From assembly GCA_035652475.1 (NCBI GenBank), contig DASRDR010000130.1:1-50853 (forward strand): a DNA stretch of 50,853 nt, read 5' to 3'. The position numbers were made by a program, and so were the translations under genes. Under the pieces are notes generated by a model that did not search any database, had not been told where the DNA came from, and was given only the letters and a program-made list of their open reading frames with translations. Each line of letters begins with the position of its first letter. Within the stretch, counting starts at the first letter, position 1. Below are positions 20,303-29,302 of the stretch, piece after piece. The DNA comes from Candidatus Methylomirabilota bacterium. GTDB lineage: Bacteria > Methylomirabilota > Methylomirabilia > Rokubacteriales > DASRDR01.

Positions 20303-20962
20303 TCACGCGGACGCGCCCCCGTTCACGGCGCGGAGGACGGCGTCGACGAACTGCGCCTCCGGGAGCGCCCCCTCGAACGAGACGCGGTCGTTGACGACCG
20401 TCTTCGGCACCGCCATCACCATGTAGCGCTGGGCGAGGTCCGGGAACTCCGTCGCCTCGATGCAGTCCCCCCGGATCCACTCCGACGCGACCGCGAGATG
20501 GTGAGCCAGGCGCACGGCCCGGGGGCAGTGGGGTCAGGTGGGGGTCGTGAAGACCTGGATGTGGACGCGCTCCCTGAGGCCGGCCAGCCGCTCCAGGGTC
20601 TCGGCGCCGAGCGAGGGGACACCCGAGGAGGCGGCGACCATCGCGTCGATGAGGTTCGTGAACTCGTAGCCCATCGGGATGCCGAAGAAGCGGATGCCGT
20701 AGTCCCGGGCCCCTTCCACGACGATCGCCGGCATCCGGTCGACGCCGTAGGCGGCCGCGCGGTCGCGGTCGATGTGGAGGTTCAGGAGCTCGACCGTGAC
20801 CTGGTCCGAGCACTCGGCGACTTCCCGGACGAGCCGCTCGGTCTCGAGCGCGTACTCGGAGGCCTCCAGCTGGCTCGTGAACACGACCAGCTTCACGGGC
20901 CCGGCCAGCCGCGCGAGCTCGTCCCGCACCGCCGCCCGGTCCCGCTCGGTCAGGATCGCCAC
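20303..20962 (-). CDS. Protein-disulfide oxidoreductase (PDO / glutaredoxin-like, two thioredoxin folds) with an in-frame TGA at the first Cys of the CPxC site: candidate selenoprotein (UPHC)
   Basis: Track ORFs 20534..21016 and 20303..20515 share one frame and are separated only by TGA 20534-20536. Read-through gives ...RVHIQVFTTPT[U]PHCPRAVRLAHHL...EFPDLAQRYMVMAVPKTVV.DRVSFEGALPE. A GTG start at 20962 follows GGGGAGG. TATAAT (21015-21020, minus strand) overlaps the track ATG. Confidence 0.65.
20503..20520 (-). other. Candidate SECIS-like hairpin (mRNA +14..+31 after the UGA)
   Basis: GGGCCG-UGCGCC-UGGCUC forms 6 bp including 2 G-U pairs, with the loop at +20..+25. This is a similar distance to the E. 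coli fdhF SECIS loop. Drawn by eye, not folded computationally. Confidence 0.2.
20534..20536 (-). other. In-frame UGA, candidate selenocysteine codon
   Basis: It occupies the position of the N-terminal Cys of the CPxC motif. Third-position GC is above 95 % on both sides. Confidence 0.55.
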
Positions 20963-21288
20963 TCGTGCCTCCCCGGGGATCGATCGCGCGGCGCGACAGC
21001 CGCGCTCGCGGCCCATTATACGGCCGGTCCGGGCGCGAGCCCGGGCCGCGCGCCACCCGGCCGGCGGTGGACGCTCTCCTCGCGGTCCCGAGGCGCCGAC
21101 CGAGGATCGCCCGCGCCTCCGGCAGGTCGAACGGGCGGCGGAGCGCTCGCGCCAGCTCCCGGACGAACCCGAGCCCCGCGACGAGATCCCCGAGCGGGGG
21201 AGGGCGGCCGGCAGTCAGCGCGGGGTGCGGGGCCCGGAGCGGGCGGCCGCCCGGGTGCGGCCGGGAGCGGCCGATGCCGGGCGCGCGG

Positions 21289-22464
21289 TCATCCGAGCCG
21301 GGCGAGCCCCTCGCGGATGCGGCGGAGGGCCTCCTGGATCGTGGCGGGCGACGCCGCGTACGAGAGCCGCAGGTACCCCTCCCCGTACTCGCCGAAGGCG
21401 CTGCCGCCGAGCACCGCGACCCCGGCCTCCTCGAGGAGGCGGGACGCCACCTCCCGCGACGGCCGCCCGAACGACCGCACGTTCGGGAACACGTAGAAGG
21501 CGCCGCGCGGCCGGGCGCAGCGGACGCCGGGAATCCCGTTGAGGCCGTCGACGATCAGGTCGCGCCGGCGCCGGAACTCCTCGACCATCGCCTGGACCGG
21601 GCCGTCGTCGCCCTGGAGGGCGGCCAGCCCGGCGTGCTGGACGAACGTCGCCGTGCACGAGGCCGAGTTGGTCATGAGCCGCGTGACGTGCTCGGCCAGC
21701 GGCGTCGGCATCACGCCGAACCCGAGCCGCCAGCCCGTCATGGCGTACGTCTTCGAGAAGCCGTCCAGGATGATGGTCTGGGCCTTCATCCCGGGCAGGC
21801 TCGCGATGGACGCGAACTCGCCCTCGTAGAGGAAGCGGCGGTAGATCTCGTCGGCGAGGACCGGCACCTGGTAATGGCGCGCCAGCTCCGCGATGCGGCC
21901 GATGTCCTCGCGGCCGAGCACGCCGCCGGTCGGGTTCTCCGGCGAGTTGATGATGATGAGCTTGGTCTTCCGGGAGACCCGCCGCTCGAGGGCGGCCACG
22001 TCGAACCCGAACCCCGTCTCCTCGAGGAGCGGGATCGGCACCGGCACCCCGCCGACGAAGTTGATGACGGACTCGTAGATCGGGAAGCCCGGGTTCGGGT
22101 ACACGACCTCGTCGCCCCGGTTCACCAGCGCCATGATCACGAAGAACATGATCGGCTTGGCGCCCGGCGTCACCACCACCTCGTCGGGAGCGACCGGGAT
22201 GTGGCGGGACTTGCCGATGTGCTCGGCGATCGCTTCCCGGAGCTCCGGCAGCCCCGCCGAGGGCCCGTAGTGGGTGGCGCCGGCGTCGAGCGCGCGCTTG
22301 GCCGCCTCGCGGATGTGAGCCGGGGTGTCGAAGTCCGGCTCGCCGATCTCCAGGTGCACGACCGTCTTGCCCTGCCGCTCCAGGGCGCGCGCCCGCGCGA
22401 GCACCTCGAACGCGGTCTCGGTCCCGAGCCGCCCCATCCGCTCCGCGACCCTGCTCTCGATCAT
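21289..22464 (-). CDS. Class I/II PLP-dependent aminotransferase (aspartate/aromatic aminotransferase-like)
   Basis: LEIGEPDFDTP...YGPSAGLPELREAIA...NSPENPTGGVL...DEIY...SKTYAMTGWRLGF (PLP lysine). SD GGAAGGAG upstream. Confidence 0.93.
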   Translation of the reverse strand: MIESRVAERMGRLGTETAFEVLARARALERQGKTVVHLEIGEPDFDTPAHIREAAKRALDAGATHYGPSAGLPELREAIAEHIGKSRHIPVAPDEVVVTPGAKPIMFFVIMALVNRGDEVVYPNPGFPIYESVINFVGGVPVPIPLLEETGFGFDVAALERRVSRKTKLIIINSPENPTGGVLGREDIGRIAELARHYQVPVLADEIYRRFLYEGEFASIASLPGMKAQTIILDGFSKTYAMTGWRLGFGVMPTPLAEHVTRLMTNSASCTATFVQHAGLAALQGDDGPVQAMVEEFRRRRDLIVDGLNGIPGVRCARPRGAFYVFPNVRSFGRPSREVASRLLEEAGVAVLGGSAFGEYGEGYLRLSYAASPATIQEALRRIREGLARLG

Positions 22465-22954
22465 GACCGTGCGCTCCTTCCGCCCAGACGACCCTGGACT
22501 CCGGTCGCGTCCCGCGGGCCGCCGCGGCGCCCCGCCCGTGCCACCGCGAGCCGCGCGGCAGGTCCTTCCTCCCGCGCCGGCCCACCCACCGCCCGGCCCG
22601 CCCGCGCGCGCTGGCCGCGCGCCGCCGCTCTCGCCGCGCGAGCCGGCGGGACAATCGAGCCGGAACGGTGGGAGCCTGACGGCGAGTGACCTCCCGGCGT
22701 GGCGGCGAGCAACCGCCGCGATCTTACCGCGCGCCGGAGCGGCGGCTCAAGGCCACGGCGCGGCGCCCCCCGCCCTCGATGGTCGCGCGGGGCGACGCGC
22801 CCGGGGCCCGCGCGCGGCGCCACACCCGGCGGCGGCGCCGGCGGGCATGGCCACGCCCCGGGGCGGCGTGGACCTGCCGGGCGCTCACGGCGCTCCGACC
22901 ACCGCCGGAATGGCCGATCCCGCTCAAGGGTGCGGCCGATTCGTTCACGCACTC

Positions 22955-24382
22955 TCAGCGGAGCGTGAGGACCACGGTCGCGGTCGCCAGCAGGTTGCCG
23001 GTCGCGTGGGCCACCATCCCCGGGACGAGGCTCCGGGTCGCCTCGTAGGCGAGCGCCCACACGATCCCGCTCCCCAGGACGGACGCGAAGCCGACTGCGC
23101 CGTAGCCGTGGGCGGCCGCGAAGACGATCCCGCTCGCCAGCGCCGCCGGCAGCGGCGACAGGCGGAGGCGGAACGTCGCGTAGAGCACGCCCCGGAAGAG
23201 CACCTCCTCGAGGATCGGAGCCATGATCACGCTGTCGAGGACGTCGGCCAGCACGTCGCCTCGCGAGCCCCAGACCAGCCGCTCCTGGAACCCGTCGGTC
23301 CAGTGCGGCGAGAACCCCAAGCGGGCGCCGCCGGTCTCGATGACCAGGTCGGCGAGCGTGGACAGGCCGATCAGGACCACGCTCGCCCGCCCGAGCGCGC
23401 CCCACCGGCCGGACGCCCCGCGGAGGCCGAAGAGGGCGCGCGCCGAAAGCTCCCGCGCGCGGCAGTACGCCCAGGTGGCGGCGAGCAGCGGCACGGCCGA
23501 GAGCAGCGAGAGGAGCGCGGCGACGCCCGCGGAGTCGGGGAGGAACGACCCGAGCCCCGCGACCCCGACCAGGCCGACGCCGCCCCGGGTGAAGAGGCCC
23601 AGGCCATCGAGGCCGCTCCAGACCGGCGGGATCGGGGCGCCCGCCACCCGGCGCCGGGCGGCGCCGAGGAGCCCGGCCGCCCCGGCCGCGCTCGCGAGGA
23701 GGAGCAGCCCCTCGGCCCCGAGCAGCGCGCGCTGGCGCTGCAGCAGCCGCCGGCCGCGCGCGAGCACCGCCGCGTCCGCGGCCGCCGCCGCGGCGGGGTC
23801 CCCGAGACGCATCGCCAGCGCCGCCACGAGCCGGTCGCGGAACCAGTCCGGCTCGAGCTCGGTCCGCGCCCCGGTCAGGGCCGACTCGAGGGCCGCGGAG
23901 GTCGGCGGCTCGGGGGCGTAGGCCGCCGCCGCCCAGGCCGCCAGCCGCCGCCCGGGCTCCTCGGCCGGCGCCCACTCGGCGAGGGCGCGGCCGATGTCGG
24001 CGGCGCGCCCGTCCTCGGCCAGGAGGACGATCCGCTGGAGCTCGGCGAGCGGCGAGCCCTCCGCCTCCACGAGCTCGGTGTACCACCCGATCGCCTCGTC
24101 GCGGGAATCGTCCTCGGCGCCGAGCGCGAGCTCGTACAGCCGCCGCTCCCAGGCCGGTGCGCGCCGGGCCGCGGCCCGGAAGTCCAGGTCGCGCCCGACG
24201 ACACGCGCGAGCGAGGCGTCCGGGCGCTGGAGGGTCTCGAGGGGCGGCGTGGGCCAGACGGCGAGCGTGGAGAGGCTCAGCAGGATCGCGCCGGTGAGGA
24301 CCGTGCCCCACCGCGTGAAGTATCGCGGCGCCGGGACGACCTCCGGCCCGGCGGGCCCGGCGCCGGCGTGCTCGGCGGCCAC
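22955..24382 (-). CDS. CPBP-family intramembrane glutamic endopeptidase (CAAX protease/Abi-like) with a long N-terminal extracytoplasmic helical region
   Basis: The C-terminal domain has the motifs APILEEVLFRGVLY, FAAAH and MVAHATGN. GTG start at 24382 with TATACT 8 nt upstream. Confidence 0.8.
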   Translation of the reverse strand: MAAEHAGAGPAGPEVVPAPRYFTRWGTVLTGAILLSLSTLAVWPTPPLETLQRPDASLARVVGRDLDFRAAARRAPAWERRLYELALGAEDDSRDEAIGWYTELVEAEGSPLAELQRIVLLAEDGRAADIGRALAEWAPAEEPGRRLAAWAAAAYAPEPPTSAALESALTGARTELEPDWFRDRLVAALAMRLGDPAAAAAADAAVLARGRRLLQRQRALLGAEGLLLLASAAGAAGLLGAARRRVAGAPIPPVWSGLDGLGLFTRGGVGLVGVAGLGSFLPDSAGVAALLSLLSAVPLLAATWAYCRARELSARALFGLRGASGRWGALGRASVVLIGLSTLADLVIETGGARLGFSPHWTDGFQERLVWGSRGDVLADVLDSVIMAPILEEVLFRGVLYATFRLRLSPLPAALASGIVFAAAHGYGAVGFASVLGSGIVWALAYEATRSLVPGMVAHATGNLLATATVVLTLR

Positions 24383-24416
24383 GGGCCGGGAGTATACCGC
24401 GCCGGCGGCCCGACGC

Positions 24417-24422
24417 TATAAT
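24417..24422 (+). promoter_or_regulatory. Perfect TATAAT -10 hexamer upstream of the ABC transporter operon (divergent from a TATACT box at 24391-24396 on the minus strand)
   Basis: A 75-bp divergent intergenic region holds two back-to-back -10 boxes. No convincing -35 element. Confidence 0.4.
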
Positions 24423-24457
24423 GCGCCACCGGGCTGCCGGGCCCCGGGCCAGCCAGC

Positions 24458-25228
24458 GTGGACGCGATCGCAGTCAGGGACCTCTCGAAGCGTTACCGGA
24501 CCCGCGACGGCGAGGTGGCCGCGCTGGAGGGGATCACCTTCGGCCTGGCCGAGGGGGACTTCGTCGCCGTCGTCGGGCCATCCGGCTGCGGCAAGTCGAC
24601 GCTGCTGAAGATCCTGGCCGGCCTCTTGCCCCCCTCCCGCGGGGCGGCCCTCCTCCGCGGCACCCCCATCGCCGGGCCGCGGCGCGACATCGGCATGGTC
24701 TTCCAGGCGCCCGTCCTGTTCCCCTGGCGCACGGTGCTCGACAACGTCCTGCTGCCGGTCGACGTCCAGGGGCTCGCCCGCGAGCGGTACGGGCCGATCG
24801 CGCTCGACCTCCTCGCGCTGGTAGGCCTGGACGGGTTCGAGCGGCGGTACCCGTGGGAGCTGTCCGGAGGCATGCAGCAGCGGGTCGCGCTGACCCGCGC
24901 GCTGGTCCACGACCCCGCGATGCTCCTGATGGACGAGCCGTTCGGCGCCCTCGACGCGATGACCCGCGAGCAGATGAACGTCGAGCTCCAGCGCATCTGG
25001 CTGGAGCGCCGGAAGACGGTCGTGTTCATCACCCACTCGATCCCGGAGGCCGTGTTCCTGGGCGCGCGCGTCCTCGTCATGAGCCCGCGTCCGGGCCGGA
25101 TCCTGGAGGACGTCCGGGTCGACCTCCCCCACCCGCGCCCGCTGGAGGTCATGAACACCCCGGCGTTCGGGGAGTACGTCCGCGAGATCCGCGGCCGCTT
25201 CGCGGCGGTTGGGCGGACGGACGGGTAG
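24458..25228 (+). CDS. ABC transporter ATP-binding protein (NitT/TauT nitrate/sulfonate/bicarbonate family)
   Basis: GPSGCGKSTLLK (Walker A), LSGGMQQRVALTRAL (signature), LLMDEPFGALD (Walker B), ITHS. Confidence 0.93.
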   Translation: MDAIAVRDLSKRYRTRDGEVAALEGITFGLAEGDFVAVVGPSGCGKSTLLKILAGLLPPSRGAALLRGTPIAGPRRDIGMVFQAPVLFPWRTVLDNVLLPVDVQGLARERYGPIALDLLALVGLDGFERRYPWELSGGMQQRVALTRALVHDPAMLLMDEPFGALDAMTREQMNVELQRIWLERRKTVVFITHSIPEAVFLGARVLVMSPRPGRILEDVRVDLPHPRPLEVMNTPAFGEYVREIRGRFAAVGRTDG

Positions 25229-25237
25229 CCGGCGCCG

Positions 25238-26089
25238 ATGGGGCGGGCGCGCCGGATCGGGCTGAGCGCGGCGTTCTTCGTCGCCTCGATGGCGGGCTGG
25301 GAGGCGCTCGTCCGCGGGCTCGCCATCCCCCCGTACATCCTCCCCGCGCCGACCGCGGTCGCCGTCGCGCTGTGGCGGGGGTTCGCCACCGGCCTCTACC
25401 TCGTCCACCTCTGGCACACCCTGCTCGAGACGCTGCTCGGCTTCGCGCTCGGGTCCGCGCTCGGGTTCTGCCTGGGGACGGCGGTCGCCACCAGCCGGTG
25501 GGTCGAGTACTTCCTGTACCCGTACATCGTCATGTTCCAGTCGCTGCCCAAGATCGCCCTCGCCCCGCTGATCGTGATCTGGTTCGGTCTCGGCCTGGCG
25601 TCGAAGGTGGTCAACGCGGCCCTGGTGGCGTTCTTCCCGCTGCTCGTGAACACGACGGTCGGGCTCCGCTCGACCGACGAGGACCGCCTGAGCCTGATGC
25701 GCTCCCTGGCGGCCACCGAGCGGCAGGTGTTCTGGATGCTGCGCCTGCCGAACGCGCTCCCGTTCGTGATGGCGGGGCTCGACGTCGCGATGATCTTCGC
25801 GCTCATCGGCGCGATCGTCGGCGAGTTCGTGGGGGCGACCGCCGGGCTCGGGATGCTGATCCAGAGCATGAACTTCACGATGGACGTCTCGGGCCAGTTC
25901 TCGGTGCTGCTGGTGCTCTCGGCGGTCGGGCTGGCCCTCAACCGAACCATCCAGCTCGTGCGCCGGCGCGTCCTGTTCTGGGACCCTTCCGAGAAGGCCG
26001 CCCGGGAGCGCGCGCTGCCCGACGAGGCGGCGGTGCCCGCCCCCCTGGCCCGGGACCCGCGCGCCAAGAAGGAGGTCGCCGCATGGTGA
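25238..26089 (+). CDS. ABC transporter permease (NitT/TauT family)
   Basis: Six hydrophobic segments. The EAA-like loop is RSLAATERQVFWMLRLPNALPFVMAGL. Confidence 0.9.
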   Translation: MGRARRIGLSAAFFVASMAGWEALVRGLAIPPYILPAPTAVAVALWRGFATGLYLVHLWHTLLETLLGFALGSALGFCLGTAVATSRWVEYFLYPYIVMFQSLPKIALAPLIVIWFGLGLASKVVNAALVAFFPLLVNTTVGLRSTDEDRLSLMRSLAATERQVFWMLRLPNALPFVMAGLDVAMIFALIGAIVGEFVGATAGLGMLIQSMNFTMDVSGQFSVLLVLSAVGLALNRTIQLVRRRVLFWDPSEKAARERALPDEAAVPAPLARDPRAKKEVAAW

Positions 26090-27174
26090 GCTCGCGCCGT
26101 CGCCGTCCCCGACCCGTCCTGGCCGTCGCCGCGCTGGCCCTGGTGGCGCTGGCCGGCGCGCGGCCCGCCCCCGCCCAGACCCGGATCAAGGTCGGGTGGT
26201 GCGCGCGCACGGTCTCGGCCGCCGCGGCCCCGTTCGCGATCGCCCGGAAGCTCGGGTGGTTCCGCCAGGAGGGGATCGAGGTGGAGCTGGTGCCGCTCCC
26301 GGGCTCGACGGACTGCGTGAAGAACGTCGCCGTGCGGGAGGTCGACTTCTCGCTCCCGAGCGTCGAGCCGCTGGCGGTCGGGCGACCGCAGGGGATCCGG
26401 GCCAAGATCTTCTACACCGCCTACCAGGGGAACATCTACGGCATCGCGGTGCCGGCCGACAGCGCGATCCGCACCGCCGCCGACCTGCGCGGCAAGCGCA
26501 TCGGCGTCATCTCGATGAGCTCGGCCGGCGTCCTCATCGCGCGCGAGCTCGCCCGGGCTGCCGGCCTGGACCCCGAGCGCGACATCACCGTCGTCGTCGC
26601 CGGCGAGGGCGCTCAGACCGCGGCGATGGTCCGCAACGGCCAGGTGGACGCGCTGAGCCAGTTCGACACCCAGTACGCGATGGTGCAGAACGCCGGGGTG
26701 ACGCTGCGGATCCTGGACACGAGCGCCATCGACCGCTTCCCGTCGAACGGGTTCCTGGCCCTCGAGGAGACGCTCCGGACCCGGCGGCGCGAGGCGGTGG
26801 CGCTGGCGCGGAGCTACGCGAAGGGAACCGTCTTCGCGATCGCCAACCCCGCGGCGGCGGTGCGGATCCTCTGGGAGGTCTTTCCGCAGACCAAGCCGAC
26901 CGGCAAGGACGAGGCGACCGCGCTCCGCGACGACACCGCGGTGCTCCAGGCCCGGGCCCGGAACTGGCGGCTCGACAGGGCCGGCGTCCGGCGCTGGGGC
27001 GAGAACTCCGAGGCGAACTACGGCGCGTACGCGGACTTCATGTTCCGGACCGGCATCATCAAGCAGGCGGTCACCGCCCAGGAGCTCGTCACGAACGAGC
27101 TCATCGAGGAGATCAACCGGTTCGATCCCGAGCAGGTGGCGGCCGAGGCCCGGGCCTACAAGCCCGGTCCGTGA
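26083..27174 (+). CDS. ABC transporter substrate-binding protein (NMT1/THI5-like, sulfonate/nitrate family) with signal peptide
   Basis: The ATG at 26083 overlaps the permease stop (ATGGTGA), with AAGGAGG upstream. Signal RRRRPRPVLAVAALALVALAGARPAPAQ. GKRIGVISMSSAG...DALSQFDTQ. Confidence 0.85.
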   Translation: MVSSRRRRPRPVLAVAALALVALAGARPAPAQTRIKVGWCARTVSAAAAPFAIARKLGWFRQEGIEVELVPLPGSTDCVKNVAVREVDFSLPSVEPLAVGRPQGIRAKIFYTAYQGNIYGIAVPADSAIRTAADLRGKRIGVISMSSAGVLIARELARAAGLDPERDITVVVAGEGAQTAAMVRNGQVDALSQFDTQYAMVQNAGVTLRILDTSAIDRFPSNGFLALEETLRTRRREAVALARSYAKGTVFAIANPAAAVRILWEVFPQTKPTGKDEATALRDDTAVLQARARNWRLDRAGVRRWGENSEANYGAYADFMFRTGIIKQAVTAQELVTNELIEEINRFDPEQVAAEARAYKPGP

Positions 27175-28289
27175 GCGCGGATCGCGCCGCCCCGGGCAGC
27201 CGGGCGGACCGGGCGACTGCCGCGCCCGGCGGCGGGCCGGACCGTGCGACCGCCGCCCCGGGCGGCCCCGGGGCCGGATCGTCGGCCGAGCCGGCGCTCG
27301 ACGGGCTCGATCTGACGGACCTCCACATCCACGTCGGCGGCGCGGTGGCGCCGCACGTGCTGTGGGAGATCGCTCACGACCACGGGTTCAAGCTCCCGGT
27401 GAAGACGTACTGGGAGTTCCGGGACCTGGTCTACGCCGATCCCGAGCGCGTCACCTCGCTCGACAGCTACCTCGACATCCTCCACCGCTGGACCGAGCGC
27501 ATCCAGTCCTCGCCGTCGGCGATCGAGCGCTCCGTCTACTCCATCATCGGCAAGGAGTACCGTTCGTCCCGCGTCTCGACCATCGAGCTCCGCTTCAACC
27601 CCATGAAGCGCAACCTGGGCGGGGAGCGCGACCTCGACTACATCATCGCCGCCGCGATCCGGGGGATGGAGCGGGCCTGCCTGGCGTACGGGATCCGGGC
27701 CGGGCTCATCTTCTGCCTGGCCCGGGAGTTCGACTACGAGTTGAACGACATCATCGTCCGCAAGGCCGAGCGGTACCGGGACCGGGGCGTGGTCGGGATC
27801 GACCTGGCTGGACCCGAGCGGCACACCCTCGAGTTCGGCGGGGACGTCGAGCGCTACCGGGGCCTCTTCGCGCGAGCCCGGGCGGCGGGGCTCGGCACGA
27901 CGATCCACACCGGGGAGACCTCGCACACCGGCGCCAACGGCGTCCACGCCGTGCTCGAGAAGCTCCGCCCCGACCGGATCGGCCACGGCATCGCCGCCGC
28001 GCGCGACGCCGGCCTCCTGCGGCGGCTGGTCGACCAGGGCACGGTGCTGGAGCTCTGCCCCTCGTCCAACCTGCGGACCCGCGCCGTCTCCGGATGGGAG
28101 GAGCTGCGGGAGGTCTACGGGCGGCTCCGCGCGGCGGGCGTGCGGACCACCATCAACACCGACGGGACGTACCTCCTGCGGACGACGCTCCGGCGGGAGT
28201 TCGAGCTCCTCCTCGCCCACCGGGTCCTGGACGCGGAGGGCGCGCGGCGGTGCATCGAGACCGCCCGGGAGGCGACCTTCCTCCGGTAG
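27171..28289 (+). CDS. Adenosine/AMP-deaminase-family metallo-amidohydrolase
   Basis: LTDLHIHVGGAV (HxH), GIDLAGPE, TIHTGE, RIGHG, TINTDG. A GTG at 27171 overlaps the SBP stop (GTGA). The start is uncertain because the N-terminal 45 aa are low-complexity. Confidence 0.78.
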   Translation: MSADRAAPGSRADRATAAPGGGPDRATAAPGGPGAGSSAEPALDGLDLTDLHIHVGGAVAPHVLWEIAHDHGFKLPVKTYWEFRDLVYADPERVTSLDSYLDILHRWTERIQSSPSAIERSVYSIIGKEYRSSRVSTIELRFNPMKRNLGGERDLDYIIAAAIRGMERACLAYGIRAGLIFCLAREFDYELNDIIVRKAERYRDRGVVGIDLAGPERHTLEFGGDVERYRGLFARARAAGLGTTIHTGETSHTGANGVHAVLEKLRPDRIGHGIAAARDAGLLRRLVDQGTVLELCPSSNLRTRAVSGWEELREVYGRLRAAGVRTTINTDGTYLLRTTLRREFELLLAHRVLDAEGARRCIETAREATFLR

Positions 28290-28511
28290 GCCGCGCCGGC
28301 GCCCGCCGGCCCCGGCCGTCGGCGACCGGCCCATCGACCCCCGGCTGCCGGCGCCCCGGCCGGCGCCCGCCGACGAACCGGGGATCGACCGTTGCCGCCC
28401 GGCCCGAACCGTGCCACGCTGACCCGCGCCGACCCTCGACTCGACGACCCCGGCGCACGCTCGCGCGGTCGGCCGCGGGCCCGCCCGAAGTCCCCGACGC
28501 AGGAGGCTCGC

Positions 28512-28958
28512 GTGAAGCGCCAGGTCATCAGCACCGACCGGGGCCCTCGCACCGGACTGCCCTACTCCCAGGCGATCCGTCACGGCGACCTGGTCCACGT
28601 GGCGGGCCAGGTCGCGATCGATCCGGCGACCGGCCGCGTCGTCGAGGGCGACATCCGGGCGCAGACGCGCCAGGTCCTCGAGAACATCGACGCGATCCTG
28701 CGCGCCGCCGGCACCTCGCTGGCGCACGCCGTCGAGTGTCTCTGCTTCCTCCGCGACGTCGACGACTTCGCCGCCTTCAACGAGGTCTACAAGGGCTTCT
28801 TCCCGACCGATCCACCGGCCCGCACCACCGTGCAGGCGGTGCTGCCCCGTCCGGAGCTGCGGGTGGAGATCCGCGCGGTCGCCGCGATGCCGCCGCGGCG
28901 GGCCACCGCACGCGCCGGGCGCCCGAGGGCGGGGGCCGCGACAGGACGGCGGCGCTGA
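28512..28958 (+). CDS. RidA/YjgF-family reactive-intermediate deaminase with an Arg-rich C-terminal extension
   Basis: GTG after AGGAGG. YSQAIRHGDLVHVAGQVAIDP.TG...QTRQVLENIDAILRAAG...ARTTVQA.LPRPELRVEIRAVA. Confidence 0.85.
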   Translation: MKRQVISTDRGPRTGLPYSQAIRHGDLVHVAGQVAIDPATGRVVEGDIRAQTRQVLENIDAILRAAGTSLAHAVECLCFLRDVDDFAAFNEVYKGFFPTDPPARTTVQAVLPRPELRVEIRAVAAMPPRRATARAGRPRAGAATGRRR

Positions 28959-29302
28959 CCGGAGGCCGCCGCGCCGGCGGCGGAACCGCGCGCCACCCGA
29001 GCGCCGCCGGCTCCAGGCGCCGCGTCGAGGCGACCGCGCGCGGCCCGTCCACCGCGACCCGGACGGCCCTCGGGCCGGTCCCCCTCTCGACGGTGCGCGC
29101 TCCGACGGGCACGGCTATAATGGCGAAGCTCGCGGCTTCGGAGGGGGCCCGGGCGCCTTGGTGGTTGCATGCAGTGGGACGTGTCTGAGCGACCGCAGCA
29201 CGCGCGAGGGTCTCCGCTGGTCGGCTCCGGCCGCGCTCGCGGCGTCCGCCGCGCCCCCGCCCCTGGCCGCCCCGCGTCCGCGGCCGGTCCCTGCCTGACG
29301 CC

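Noticed and set aside
29116-29188. Perfect TATAAT (29116-29121) followed by the hairpin GAAGC-tcgcg-GCTTC (29125-29139) and a 22-codon ORF (MAKLAASEGARAPWWLHAVGRV), about 180 nt upstream of the first kinase gene.
   Set aside because: There is no -35 element, the ATG overlaps the -10 box, and the short ORF has no support. It could be a promoter or small RNA, but I cannot substantiate that from sequence alone.
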